From Eledone cirrhosa (lineage: Eukaryota), in NCBI GenBank assembly GCA_964016885.1, contig OZ024743.1, forward strand, positions 318,308,001 through 318,372,000: a stretch of DNA of 64,000 nucleotides, written 5' to 3'. The notes below the pieces were generated by a model, which had not been told where the DNA came from, searched no databases, and saw only the letters and a list, made by a program, of their open reading frames with translations. A program made the translations under genes and the position numbers. Below, one piece after another: positions 25,752-38,574 of the stretch; the stretch's first letter is position 1; every line of letters starts with the position of its first letter.

Positions 25752-28017
25752 CTGTGATGATATAATATTAAAAAAAGTCAAAGAAAAACAAATATATTTG
25801 TAGACACGGATATAGAATGAGAATATGTGTGTGTATCATCATTTAACGTCCATTTTACTGATCATAAAACCAAATGACAAAATCCAGAATGCTCATAAAG
25901 CTGAATTTTAAAAGATGTAAAAATGGGAATATTGACAGCTTGAAAAACCAAAAATTCAAGAGACCAAATATATACTTCAGGAAAAATATAATTTAAAAAA
26001 AAAGTTCTTAAACAACATTTCTTAATGGTTAAAATATTTCCTTAATAAAGTTACACCTTTGATATTTTTAATCAACATTTATTTACATTTTTTAAATGTA
26101 AATAATGTTTGCCAAATAAATACACTTTTTAAAACTAGTGTTTTTTTAAAATGTAAATATTGTTTATTTAAAAATCTAAATATGTCATACTCAAGATTGT
26201 TAGTGATAAAAATGAAGTGAAATGGCTACAATTAACAATCAAAATAAACTCTATATAATTTGATTACAAGTGGCTGAAATAGGGTCCTGCGAAAGGGTCT
26301 TTGGAGTAACGTTACTTGATAGAGTGTGTAATTTGGCGATCAGAGAGTTGCTCAAGGTAGAGCCACTACATCACCGAATTGAGAGACCACAGCTCTGATA
26401 TTATGGACATAGGGTTAGAATGTCTCAGGAAAGAATCACTGGACAGATTTCACAGGCAACCCAGAGCAACATGGTTGAATAACATCCATGAGCTCAGCTG
26501 GTCTCACTTGGGGATGCTGCTGGAAGGAGTGTTTGAGGACTCTTCCCCCATGATCCTCTCAGGAATAAGTGGTGGAAGAAGGAACATTGCAGCCATTAAT
26601 GTCTACGTTCAAATATATTTCTTCACACATTTCACATTTTGTTATTAACCTTTTGTTACCATATTTCTAATGAAAGATTCTACCTATGTCGTTAAAACTT
26701 TTATTACCATATTTCTAATGAAAGACACTACACATCATTTTCAAATCATTTTGAAAATAGACAAGAATTTGGAGAGATTCAGTAATATAATTTTTTAATT
26801 AAGCTGGTATTTGGACGATAACAAAGATTCTTACATAAAATTATGATGGAATTTCTTTTAGATAAATATAATCACTTAAACCCTTTAGCATTTAAACTAG
26901 CTGTATCCGGCCAAAATTCCCTCACCTCTTTCTGTTCAAACCGGCCGTAACCGTCCACTCATACCGGCTTTAAGGTATTGTTCTCAAAATGAATAATATC
27001 AAAATCTCATAGATTCTATATTATGTGAGGTAAAGCCTTTACCGCAAAAATACAATAGTAAATACAGAGTAATGTAAATGCTAATGGATTAAAAGAAAGT
27101 TTTGTATCATAGAAATCCTGAGGCAGTTTCAGGCTATCAAGTGCTAAACCTTTCAGCCATTATGCCCTGTCTCTTGAAAGGCACTCTTCTGCTTATCCAA
27201 TTCACCTGGATACGTCCATTTCCAGTAGGAAGGCTTTCATCATCATCACTGTTAATGTCTATTTTTCCTAACATAGGTTAGACAGGTTGTTATATTATGA
27301 AACAATTCATGCTCAACCATGTTGTGTTCATACAGACCTCTATTTTGGCTTGGTTTCTACATGCTAGCGTGGAAGATAGACGTTAAACTATGATGATTAG
27401 GATGACCTTCCTAATGCCAACTACATTTACAGTATGGACTAGGTGCTTTTTCATATCACTAGCATGACCACCTTACAGAGTGGACTGGGAGCTTTTTCGT
27501 TGTGTCACCAACATGACCCCCTTATAGAGGGCTGGGTGCTTTTGTAAATTTAAAAAATTATTTTACTCATTATAGCATAGAAAAAAGGATGTTTTCTATA
27601 ATATTCATCAATCTACTGATGCCATGGACACAGACCAAACCCCCCAAAATAAAAATCAGAAATTGTGGGAGCCCCAAATGCAGAAAATAACTACAACAAC
27701 AGTCAATTGATAAAAATAGTAGCTTAGACGGGGGAGGGGGGAATATGGCCATATCTCTTGAATACTCACACAGTATTTATTTGGCCATATCTCTTGAATA
27801 CTCGCACAGCATTCGATTATCCATAGTGCCTGTTAGTCTCCTTTTTTCTGACTATCATGTTTTACTTTATTTTCTGTCTATAGGAGTATTTTACCTTATT
27901 TTATAAGCTATTATTTATAGTGATTGACTATTGTTAAAGATTTCATTATATTTCTTATCTCCCTTAACTTGCCGAAACATGACAAAACAAATGAAAGCAA
28001 TAATTTTAAACATTTAC

Positions 28018-28824
28018 CTCAAAAAGTAGAGGATTTTTTGTGATGCAACTTCCTAAATCGTCTTTCGCAACACCATTGTCCATTAAAAATTGTAAATATG
28101 GCTGAATAACTGAATCAAAGTCGAGCTTAAGTATAAGATCCGAAGCTCCTTTCACTCTTTCTATACGTGAAAGATCAACACCCAAGTGTATTAGTTGCTG
28201 TAAGGTTTTTGATTCCTTCACATAAAATGCAAGATTATAAACTGGTTCTTGTCTAATGAACATGGGTCTGTATACTGTGCTAGGTTTGGCAACACTAGGT
28301 ACGACAGCATCAGATTTCTCTCCATAAGGTTCTTCATAAATATTTGAATCATCAGTATATTTTTTAACATCTGTTTCACTATGGTAAGGACTAGTTCTTT
28401 TTATAGGTTCCACTTCTAATTCATTTCCATGATTCTCAATAAAGTCTTTTACTTCTTTATTTGTTTCAGTCATTAGACTGTGGTCATTCTGGGGCACTGT
28501 TTCATCAGGAGAATGTCCTTTATCATTAGCCACACTTTGTTTAAGTAGATCAGAATGAGAAACGTCTTGCGAAAGTTCCTTTTTCGTAGTTGATTCTATA
28601 AATGATTTGAAGTAACTGTAATTATTTGTAGACACTTGGTTACTACTATTTTCATCTTCAACCGAGTCACAGTTGAAACATTTATCAGTATTAACCACAA
28701 CTGTCTTTTGATGAATGTAATGACAAATGAAAGACAGACATTCCTCTGCTGGAACAAGTTGACGATATGATAACGAAAGGGTTCTGGGTCGTCTGAATGA
28801 CCGTAGAATGAGATTCGGAAGCAT
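28018..28824 (-). CDS. MTERF3: Mitochondrial transcription termination factor 3, coding exon 1
   Basis: Basic, Arg/Ser/Leu-rich presequence-like N-terminus, then NLAFYVKESKTLQQLIHLGVDLSRIE...LILKLDF...IQPYLQFLMDNGV...ITKNP, typical of MTERF3. Donor gag|gtaaat (phase 0). An acceptor at 28835 implies an upstream exon. Confidence 0.9.
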
Positions 28825-29159
28825 TATTTCATTTCTGGAATAGAAAAAGAAAAAAAAACTTTTTTGAAAGAGTTATTAGCAATATTTTAACATTTTCTGT
28901 AACTTGGGTAACTTTTGTGAAATTCCATTCCAATCTACCAAGAGTCATGATGCACTATGTTGTGGTATAATGCACCATGTCGTCATATGATACACATTGT
29001 AACTATGACTCCATATAAATGGAATACATCATCATCACTGTTTAACGTCCATTTCCATGCTAGCATGGGTTAGACAAGTTGCTCCACTGTGAGACAAGCC
29101 AGGTCTGATGACCATGACTTGCTTATACAGGACTGGTTTGGCTTGGTTTATATGGCTGG

Positions 29160-29500
29160 ATGCTTTTTGTTGTAACACCTACATGACCACTTTACAGTGT
29201 GTGCTGGGTGCTTTTTGTTGTGACACCTACATGACCACTTTACTGTGTGGGCTGGGCGCTTTTTGTTGTGACACCTACATGACCACTTTACTGTGTGGGC
29301 TGGGTGCTTTTTGTTGTGACACCTACATGACCACTTTGCTGTGTGGGCTGGGCACTTTTTGTTGTGACACCTACATGACCACTTTACTGTGTGGGCTGGG
29401 TGCTTTTTGTTGAGACACCTACATGACCACTTTACTGTGTGGGCTGGGCACTTTTTGTTGTGACACCTACATGACCACTTTACAGTGTGGGCTGGGCACT
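29160..29500. repeat. 48-bp tandem repeat (~7 copies) expanded inside an RTE 3'-tail-derived element
   Basis: Unit gtgacacctacatgaccactttactgtgtgggctgggtgctttttgtt. Flanked by RTE/SINE tail sequence at 29027-29160. Confidence 0.9.
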
Positions 29501-30618
29501 TGTCAAACTTTACTGTACTGCATGGAGAGAGTTATTTTGTAAAGGGTACATAGTAAGTTAGTCTACACATCCACTCCATGGTTTAGTTTACCAACTGCCA
29601 ATGGGAACCTATATACACATCATATAGACAAAACTACATTATGGTAACAATACAAGTTTTGTTACCTTATTTCAAATGAAAGACACTGCATATGATTTTC
29701 TAATTATTTTGAAAGTAATCAAGAATTTTAAGGGATTTAGTAGTATAACTAACTTTTCCTCTCTAGTGCTAGTACCATAAAATGTTCTCAATAGAGTGTG
29801 GGAATATAAGTAAGTGAGATGCTGGTATCCAGTTCATCTCAGAGGTTAGTAGCTCAGCTTAAGCAATGAGTCGGTCTGTGACAGCCCATTGAACCATTGC
29901 TAGAAGGTAAAACATGTTTAATGATGATAATCGAAAGGTTGTGAGTTCAATTCTCAGACCGGGTGATGTGTTGTTTCCTTGAGCAAGACACTTTATTTCA
30001 CATTGCTCCAGTTTACTCAGCTGTAGAAATGAGATGATAGGGACTGGGGTAAGTATCTTTTACCACAGCTTTGGATCAACCCTAGCTTTTCAAGGAAATC
30101 TTATTGATATGGAAGGAATCAAAATGAATTTATAACTTCAAAAACAAACACTATTTACTTAAACAGTATTTGACAAGGTGAAGGCACGTCTGTAAAGTTG
30201 AGTTTGATTTGTGAACCGGGTGGTGCATTGTGTCCTTGAGCAAGACATTTTATTTCACATTACACCAGTTCACTCAAATGGCAAAAATGAATTGTACTTG
30301 TAATTCAAAAGGCCACCCTTGTTATACATTGTGTCACGCTGAATTTCCCTGAGAACTATGTTAAGGGTGCCTGTGTCTGAGGAATGCTTAGTCACTTGTT
30401 AATTTCACGAGTAGACAGTTCTGTTGATTAAATCAGCTGGAGCATTTGTTGTTGGAAATGACAAAGGGCTTTCATTCCATTTGACAAGGGTATGCAGTAA
30501 TAATTCAATCTATGTTATAATATTTGTACAGCCATCTGTCACACATGAACGCTACGCTCTGTAGAAAATGTTCTAATATACAAATGTAGGACTAAGATGA
30601 AGGGATAAAAGTTTTATA

Positions 30619-30765
30619 CCAGGCATTGGCAATGTTTTTCGAGCAGTTGGTCGCATAGGATGAGGCTCATCATAAGGCGGGCCGCACTACTAAAAGATTC
30701 AAGGCAATTTTGAAATTAGGCGTACTATTCAGAAAGCCAAACGAGCCACAGTTTCCCCATGACTG
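30619..30765. mobile_element. hAT/Charlie-like MITE
   Basis: CAGGCATTGGCAA ... gagccacagtttccccatgaCTG termini with an internal gggccgca motif. Confidence 0.5.
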
Positions 30766-32000
30766 TTCTAAAACTATCTGTCAACAGTATTGTCTGTCGG
30801 GTTCCCTCGCCTGAAAATTTCATCACAAAATAAAACAGACCTAGTACTGTAAAAGTCACCTCTCAATAAAATAAAATACCCCCTCTATTGATGTATTGAG
30901 TACCTTACTTTGTGGTTCTCTTCAGTTTTTGTTTTTTTAACTATATATACTACTAGCAGTGTATCTCGGCGTTGCACGGGTAAGAACACTGGTAATAGCA
31001 CCTCCAATGAGAAACGTTTATTTGTGAGTGCCTGTTAAAAACTCACGAAAATATACCGACAGGAAACTTGTTTTATTTGGAGAAAATTAAGAAGTTGAAA
31101 GTAGTTTAGCTGTCTACGTGCATTGTTCATAGAAATATTGTTGAGCCCCTTCTTTTCATACTCCTCTGTTTTGGCCTTTTGGAGTAAATGTGAAAGAGAA
31201 AGTCACAGGTTAAGTTGGAAGAAGGTTCCAGTGTCATAGCAGTAAGGCGTAGGCGACTTACCTCAAAAGTTCATTCGCACTCTTTCCACTAAGTTACTAT
31301 TTCTCTCTATCCCTGTCTTGGTGCAGTCCCTTGCGAATTTTTCGCATAGGCCTGGTGTAGATTTGCACCCGATCCATCTACTCGATGCACATGTCTGCTT
31401 TATATGGCTTTTGGAGGAAGGAGTGACCAGCAGTATGTTGTTCGGTATTATTAGGAAAAGGTGTAGCAGAGAATCCCGCCTGAACTAACAGCTCGGGAGC
31501 AAACTGCTTACCTCGAAGATTCATTCGCCATCGTTCTTGTCAACGCTCCGTTTAGTTGGTATTTGTTGGTCTACAGTTAGATGAATGGCGCACAAAGGGT
31601 TAATGTTTATTGGCAAGAAATTTTTTGATTAATAAAAGACGGATTAAAGAGACCTACAATGTATCATTCTGCGTTGATGTTAGCGGTTTTCGTTATTGTC
31701 AATGGGGTTTTTGGACGGCAAATTCTAGACCCTTCTGTTTCTCCCTCAATAAACTGACTACTGTGGACGGTAATGGGAGTCCTATGTAGCAGCAGTAACA
31801 TTGACATTGCTTACAACGTGTCAATCTGCGGAGGATATAGCACTGGCTGTTTGATGTAGTGGGAGGTTTCATCCGAGCTCTTTGTGGTCATTCCTTCTGC
31901 CTGTGGTTGTTTCCGAATTCCTGACTTACACCTGATTGAAGGAAGGATGGTAATATGAAGGTGTATATTCGAAATTGTATAGGGGCAGTAGTATAAAACC

Positions 32001-34078
32001 TTACCTTAATTTAGTCCGTTTGAGCACACATGGCATCTTGGAGTAAAACCTCTTGGTAGAAAATCTTCTTTGTTTTCCCTCGTGGACTGTACGCGAAAAG
32101 ACTTCCTTTGCTCCCACTCTGGAGCAGCCTACGTATAGTTGAGCGTGTGAGAAGCATGATTCTACCAAGTGAAGTCCTGCCACCAAAAGTGTCTGCCCTT
32201 GGGACTTGTTGATAGACATGGCAAAACTTATGGGAAGCGGAAATTGAAGGCGTCTGAAGGTAAACAGAATTTCTGCACCTGATGGAATGAGTAGTATTCT
32301 GGGAACGAACACATCCTCTCCTTTTCCACACCCTGAAATAATGGTGGCTTCAACAACGTGCTGCATTACCTTCTTTATAACCAGACATGTGCCGTTGCAA
32401 AGTTTTGGAGGGTCCAAATTCCTAACAAGCATTATTGGAGTTCCAATTTTTAGTCCCAGTCTATGAGGAGGCAGTCCAGGAGGTTCTAGCGAATTGAGGA
32501 ATTCAACAGGGTAGTTTACCGCTTGGTCTTGGTCGGGGACTGTATTGACGGACTTGTAAATATACAGCCTTCCAGGAAGAGATTGCAACAGTTGCTCGTT
32601 GATAGCGTTCACTGTGCTGGTTATTGGAGCTAAAGTAGCTCTTTCGCATAAGCAATTCATGTCTTGGTTGTTATCAGGAAGACTGGGAAACACTTGAGCC
32701 TTGAGGTGCTCAACTGTATTGACAGTGGTACAAATCGGACTGAGTGACAATTTGCCATCTCCATCGAGGGTGATCTTGCCATCGCCAAGTGATAAAATAT
32801 CCAAAGCAAACTCTGCTGCCAGTTGGTTGCCGTGCAGTTGGGCTCTCATGTTAGTTGTCAGGGTCAATGTTGTTACCTTTTGCCACAACAGAGAGGACTT
32901 GAGGCATGCCCGGACTTCATCTGCCCTGGTTCCCTTGGGAATAAAGGGAAGAGTATGTTGGAAGTCACCGGATAGGAGAAGAGTGACACCTCTCATCGCA
33001 ATCTGGCAGTCTCTGATGTCTTGCAAAATAGTGTCTAGTGCTTCCAGAGCTCGTTTATGGGCCATGGTACATTCATCCCACACTTTGAGCTGACACCTTC
33101 AAAGAACCAGTCCCCTGTCCGAAGTTTTGCTAATGTTGCAGGACGGTGTTTCGGATGTGGCCAAGTTCAGGGGGAGCTTAAAGGCTAAGTGCGCTGTCCT
33201 ACCGCCAAGTAACAAAGTTGCAGCAATACCAGAGGATGCCACGGCTAACGCGATGTCCTTGTGTTGCCTCACTTTGGCTAGAAGAAGCTTAGTTACAAAC
33301 GTTTTTCCTGTCCTTCCAGGTGCATCTAGGAAGAAGATTCCTCCTTTCCGGTTTCGCACATGGTCAAAAATAGTGTTGTAGGCCCCCTGCTGTCCCAGAA
33401 GGAGTTTTGGCTCTGTTTCACGGAGGTTTTGGGCAAGAGTATCAATATCATAGGCTGTTTCGCGAATGAGCTCTGTCGGAAGGTTATCCCTCTCTGTCCC
33501 TACTGGTTGTGGCAGCCCGTACGTTGGCAAAGTATTCCCATCCAGTGAAACAGTCCTCTTTTCCACGTCAATCAAAGCACAGTTGTAGATGTTGTCACTG
33601 GCAGCATCAAGGCTAGGATACCGCAATTGTGCTTGGTGGTAAAAGTCTTCCGCCAGGGCATCTCTATACTTCAACCACAGAGAGACAGGCTCTGAGACTT
33701 CGCAAATGTGCAGAAGCACTGTAAAGAGAGCCCAGAGCCTTTTCGGCGACTGTGAAACGGCAGCCTCCGCAAGCATAGCATCCCACTGTGCTCAGTCTTC
33801 TAACAGGCCTTGATGGAGTTAATCTGTTGACATCCAAATAAGAATATGGGCATGTGGCAGACCCCTTTTTTGCCACTCAACTGTGTACATGTCGCATTTT
33901 ACAGGCCCAAATATCTGCCCTTTCTTGATAAGGTCCATGAGTTTCTGTAACTTCAGTCGGAAGACCCTGGCTAGAAGGCCATGCCTGTCTTTGGCCTTCT
34001 GACCTTGGAAGAGTTCAGCCTTGATCTCCTTCCACTTGGGGTTGCAGATAAAGGTAATGAATAAGTCGGGCTGACCGT
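32001..34078 (-). pseudogene. Helitron Rep/PIF1-helicase pseudogene
   Basis: Rep motifs PDLFITF.CNP and EWQKRGLPHAH (~34075-33835). Helicase motifs DAPG.TGKT, ASSGIAA, WDE, GDF, and FAMSINKSQGQT. Frameshifts and an internal deletion. Confidence 0.92.
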
Positions 34079-37000
34079 CTGAAACTAAAATAAATCAATA
34101 TTTTGTAAAAAGTTGCAACCGAAGGAAAACAAGAAGACGATACTTTGGTTCGTGAAGACGTTCCCTGGCAATGAACGGAAAATTGCAAAGATAATACGCA
34201 CAAATGAGGTTGTAGAGATGCTTGAACGTAAAGAAGTGGATGTTTGTTGTGTTCAAGAGACTAGGTGGAGAGGTAGGTCTGTCAGATTCATTGTGGGTAA
34301 AAAAATGATGCTATAAACCTTTCTGGGTGGGAAATTACAACGGACTGGGTGGAGTAGGAATTATGCTAGCTGAAAAATGGGTAGATAAGCTAATTGCCGT
34401 AAATAGAGTGAATGACAGAATAATTAAAATAAGACTAATTCTAAATAGAACTACTGTGACAATAATATCCGCTTATAGACCCCAATCTGGTCTACCTGAC
34501 GTTATAAAGGACAGGTTCTATGAGACACTAATGTACACTACCTTCCAAATAACCGACAGTGACTACATAATTATTGCTGGCGACCTAAACCGTGATGTTG
34601 GACAACATAGTGATGGCTTTAGAATCCTGGAATTCTGTGACACTAATAACCTAACTATCTGTAACACAAACTCCAAAAAACGAGAAAACCACTTGATCAC
34701 CTATAGATCAGGGGAACACGCCAGCCAGATAGATTATATCCTTACTAGAAGATGTGACAAAGTGTCTGTTGTAAACACTAATCCCTCCCCCGTGAAGAAT
34801 GCACCTCCCAACATAGCCTCATAGTTAGCGACCTCATAGTCAGGAATAGACGTACTCGACGACAGAGGAGGCCTACCTTGAGGAGAAGAATATAGAAGTT
34901 AAAGGACCCCATAGCCAGTGACAAATTTAAAAGCTTATTACTTGATGCCTTTGACAATAAGGAAGAGCAATTAGAGACGTGCAATATAGAGGAACAGTGG
35001 GAATTTTTGAAAGTGAACATGCTGAAAGCAACGGATGAAATCTGTGGCTGGAGCAGACCTATTGGCAGGAGGAGAGTAACCTGGTGGTGGAACAGTAAGA
35101 TGGAGGAGACAATCAAAGCCAAAAAGCAGGCTTGGAAAGTATGGCAGAATGGGGGAAGTAGAGAACACTATCAAGTGGCCAGGAGAGAGGCTAGGAGACA
35201 AGTGTACCTTGCAAAAAGGGAAGCAGAGGATAGAAAGTTCAAGCATGTTCTACAATGTGAGGACCAAATACACGAGGTGTTCAGGATTGCTAGGCAATGT
35301 GTCAAGGAAAACCGTGATATTGTCGGGGAGAAGTGTGTCCATAATGATAACGGTGTACTTGCCCTCACTGATACTGATAAGAAGATAGCTTGAAAGTGTC
35401 ACTACGAGAGACTATTAAATGAGGAGAATAAATGGTAAAAAGATAGTCTGCCTCAAATCGATCCAATAGAAGGACCAGCGGGTCAAGTTAAAGGTAGTAT
35501 AATAAGTAAGGCAATCAAAGATATGAAGACAGGCAAGGCAGCTGGGCCTTCAGAGATAGTTGCTGAGATGTTGAAGGCATCTGCAATGGTGGGACATACT
35601 ATGGTCACCTGTATAGTTAACCAAGTAATACAGAATGGGGTCATACCAAAAGACTGGCGTAGCAGCATCATCATTAACTGCTACAAGGGAAAAGGGGATG
35701 CTCTAGATAGGGGAAACTATAGAGGCATTAAGTTAGTTGACCAGGTCATGAAGGTCACAGAAAGAGTTATAGCACAACTAATCAGAGAGCGAATTGATCT
35801 AGATGAAATGCAGTTTGGGTTTGTGTCAGGTAAAAGTACCACAGGCGCTCTTTTCATTGTACGACAACTACAGGAGAAGTACCTAGCTAAAAGTAAACCC
35901 CTCTACTTAGCTTTTGTAGACCTGGAGAAAGCCTTTGACAGAGTCCCCCATTCCATTATCTGGTGGGCTCTTAGAAAACTAGGTGTTGATGAATGGCTTG
36001 TGAGAGCTATACAAGCTATGTATAAAGAAATAGTCAGCAAGGTTAGAATTAACAATGAATATAGTGAAGAATTTAGTGTAAAAGTTGGTGTTCATCAAGG
36101 CTCTGTCCTTAGCCCCCTCCTATTTATTATTGCCCTTCAGGCTATAACAGAGGAGTTTAAGACTGGCTGCCCATGGGAACTCCTATACGCAGATGATCTC
36201 TCATAGCTGAATCTATGGCTGAACTAGAGAAGAAATTCCAAACATGGAAGAATGGCCTAGAATCAAAACGCCTTAAAGTTAACTTGTCTAAGACTAAAGT
36301 TCTAGTTTGTAGAAAAGAAAATAGGGCACAGGTGCCCTCAGGGAAATGGCCATGCTCAGTGTGTAGGAAAGGAGTAGGCAGAAACTCCATTTTATGTCCC
36401 AAATGCAAAGTATGGGTGCATAAAAGATGTAGTGGGATCACAGGTAAGCTAACTAAGAACATAGATTTTATATGTGGCTGGTGCTCAGGTGCAATAAGTA
36501 GTAGCAAGTGCCCACAGGATACTAGCTCCTTTCATTTCCCAGATGGTTCTATAAAAATAGAGGACACCTTCCGTTACCTGGGTGACAAAATCAGCAGTGG
36601 TGGAGGCTGCTCTGAAAGTACAGTAGCCAGAGTAAGAACGGAATGAAAAAAGTTCAGAGAGCTTATACCGTTGTTGGCCACAAAAGGTTTCTCTCTAAAA
36701 ATGAAAGGCAGATTGTATGATGCCTGTATATGAACAGCAAGGCTACATGGCAGTGAGACATGGGCATTGCTTGCAGAGGACCTGTGCAGATTGGAAAAGA
36801 ACAAAGTATGCATGCTCCGTTGGATGTGTAATAGTAATATACGTGAACGGCAAAGCATAAATGAACTAAGTGAGAAATTAGTAATAAGAGGGATCAGATG
36901 CTGTTTACTTGAGAGAAGACTACGTTGGTATGGTCACGTGATGCGCATGAAAGACGACAGCTGTATAAAAAAGTGCAGGGCGATCAAAATTGATGGTAGT

Positions 37001-37538
37001 TACGTAGTAGGTAGACCCAGAAAATCCTGGGACGATTTGATAAATTTCGACCTTACACACTTGCAGCTCTCTAAGACAATGTCTCTGGACCGAGATCTTT
37101 GGCGCTACACAGTAATACAGAAGACTCGCCTTTCCTATGTACAAAGCGAAACCTACAGTCAGTAGGCACCTCTTAACCATATACACCTCAATCCACTACC
37201 CCTACCCTATCCTCCCACTCCCACTAACACCATCCTCTCTCTGTAAAGTTGGTACCACAACATCCAGTCCAAATAAATGAGATCGAGATCGTGTAGGTGT
37301 CACGACAAAAACCACACAGTCTATGCTGTAATGTGGCCGTGTAGGTAACACGGTAAAAAGTTCCCAGTTCCACACTGTAAATGTGGTTGGTGTTAGGAAG
37401 GGCATCCAGCCGTAGAAAACCTGCCAGCTATACGCGAGACACGGTCACCCGACCAACCTTGCCTCAAGTGGGATAACTCCTGTCTAACCCATGCTAGCGT
37501 GGAAGATGGACGTTAAACAATGGTGATGATGATGATGA
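34079..37538 (+). mobile_element. Near full-length inactive RTE-clade LINE (APE endonuclease + RT + PHD)
   Basis: VQETRW, GVGI, AGD.N, IDYIL, FVDLEKAFD and YADD motifs. Stops and frameshifts. 3' UTR ends in (GAT)n. Confidence 0.92.
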
Positions 37539-37926
37539 ATACGTCAGCAATGTTTGTCATAATATCGTAATGCAGACAGCCAGCCATACAGACAGATATT
37601 ATAAGGGCGCGACGGAGATCGATAACTGGCGCCTAACACCCCTTTAACAACAGAAAATTGAAAAATGAAAGCTGCAGTTAATATCTTTAGACCGCAAAGA
37701 ATATATAAATGCAAGTTTGAAGTCAATCAGAGTAGAAATGTGGATTTGTATAGACTTTGCAAAAACGAGGACACACACACACACACAAAGACAACTTCAC
37801 TTTTATATATATATGTATAGATGTATAGATGATCATCATTGCCATTCATCCTTCCGGGGTCGATAAAAATAAAGTACCAGTAATGTACTAGGTATTTGCT
37901 GGCCTTGTGCCAAAAGCAGAAACAAT

Positions 37927-38308
37927 GGCACTACAACGCTATTATTGTTTTCTACATAGATAACCATGACTATGAAAATATAGTTCATGGTATTAGCAGT
38001 CAGAAGTAACTCCACTGTTGGTGAAAATAACTTGTTTTCTACATTGATAACCATGACTATGAAAATATAAATGATTAAATCCAATTTATTTGATAACCAT
38101 GACTTGTTTTCTAATTTGGCCCTTTTAAGGGCCACCTATATATTCATTTAAGTAACTCCACTTACATCGATATGCTTTAATTAAAAAAAAAAAAATAACG
38201 CGTGAAAACTCCACTTACGCGTGGTGGTAGTAATACGGAAATAAACGATGACGAATGACGTCACCTTCGCCTGCTTTCACGACTGACAGCTAATAGCGTT
38301 GTATTCAC
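37927..38308. mobile_element. Non-autonomous Merlin-related element
   Basis: Terminal ggcactacaacgctatt ... aatagcgttgta inverted repeats. The interior matches the subterminal blocks flanking the transposase (47090-47290 and 48540-48870). Confidence 0.65.
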
Positions 38309-38309
38309 A

Positions 38310-38520
38310 TATTTAGAGGTAATATCACGTGAACGCAATCACGTGACAAATCACATTATTCTTTCAAAAGGAAAAGTTTGGCGCCATTTTTCTCCAGGGA
38401 ATAGCGCAATTGTCAACAAACGCCAGAGAAAAGGAGAAACAGCATTCTTTCATCGTTACAACTTATATCCACATTAATGATGACAAATTGTAAAAGCAAA
38501 AGATAAGAAAATGGTAAGTA
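38310..38520. promoter_or_regulatory. Candidate, possibly bidirectional, promoter and first-exon region. Paralogous copy at ~48875-49010.
   Basis: Locally CpG-richer. Two TCACGTGA E-boxes, a YY1-like GGCGCCATTTT, an adjacent TGACGTCA (38256), and a + strand donor ATG|GTAAGT at 38514. Confidence 0.4.
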
Positions 38521-38574
38521 ATATCAAATAATTAATAAAAAGTGTTGACATTAAAAACGTTCAGTCTGACGGAT

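Larger units (their letters stand above)
30953..37829 (-). mobile_element. Internally deleted Helitron (RepHel) carrying a nested RTE
   Basis: 3' end CTAG|T at 30956-30953, preceded by an imperfect hairpin cccgtgcaacgccgag. 5' end A|TCTATACATCTATACATATATATATAAAAGTGAAG at 37829 (37821 is an alternative). Confidence 0.8.

Noticed and set aside
29108-29413. Cys-rich repeat protein ORF (CCDTYMTTLLCGLGAF)n
   Set aside because: A 48-bp tandem repeat from a retroelement tail inside a probable MTERF3 intron, with no splice or expression support.
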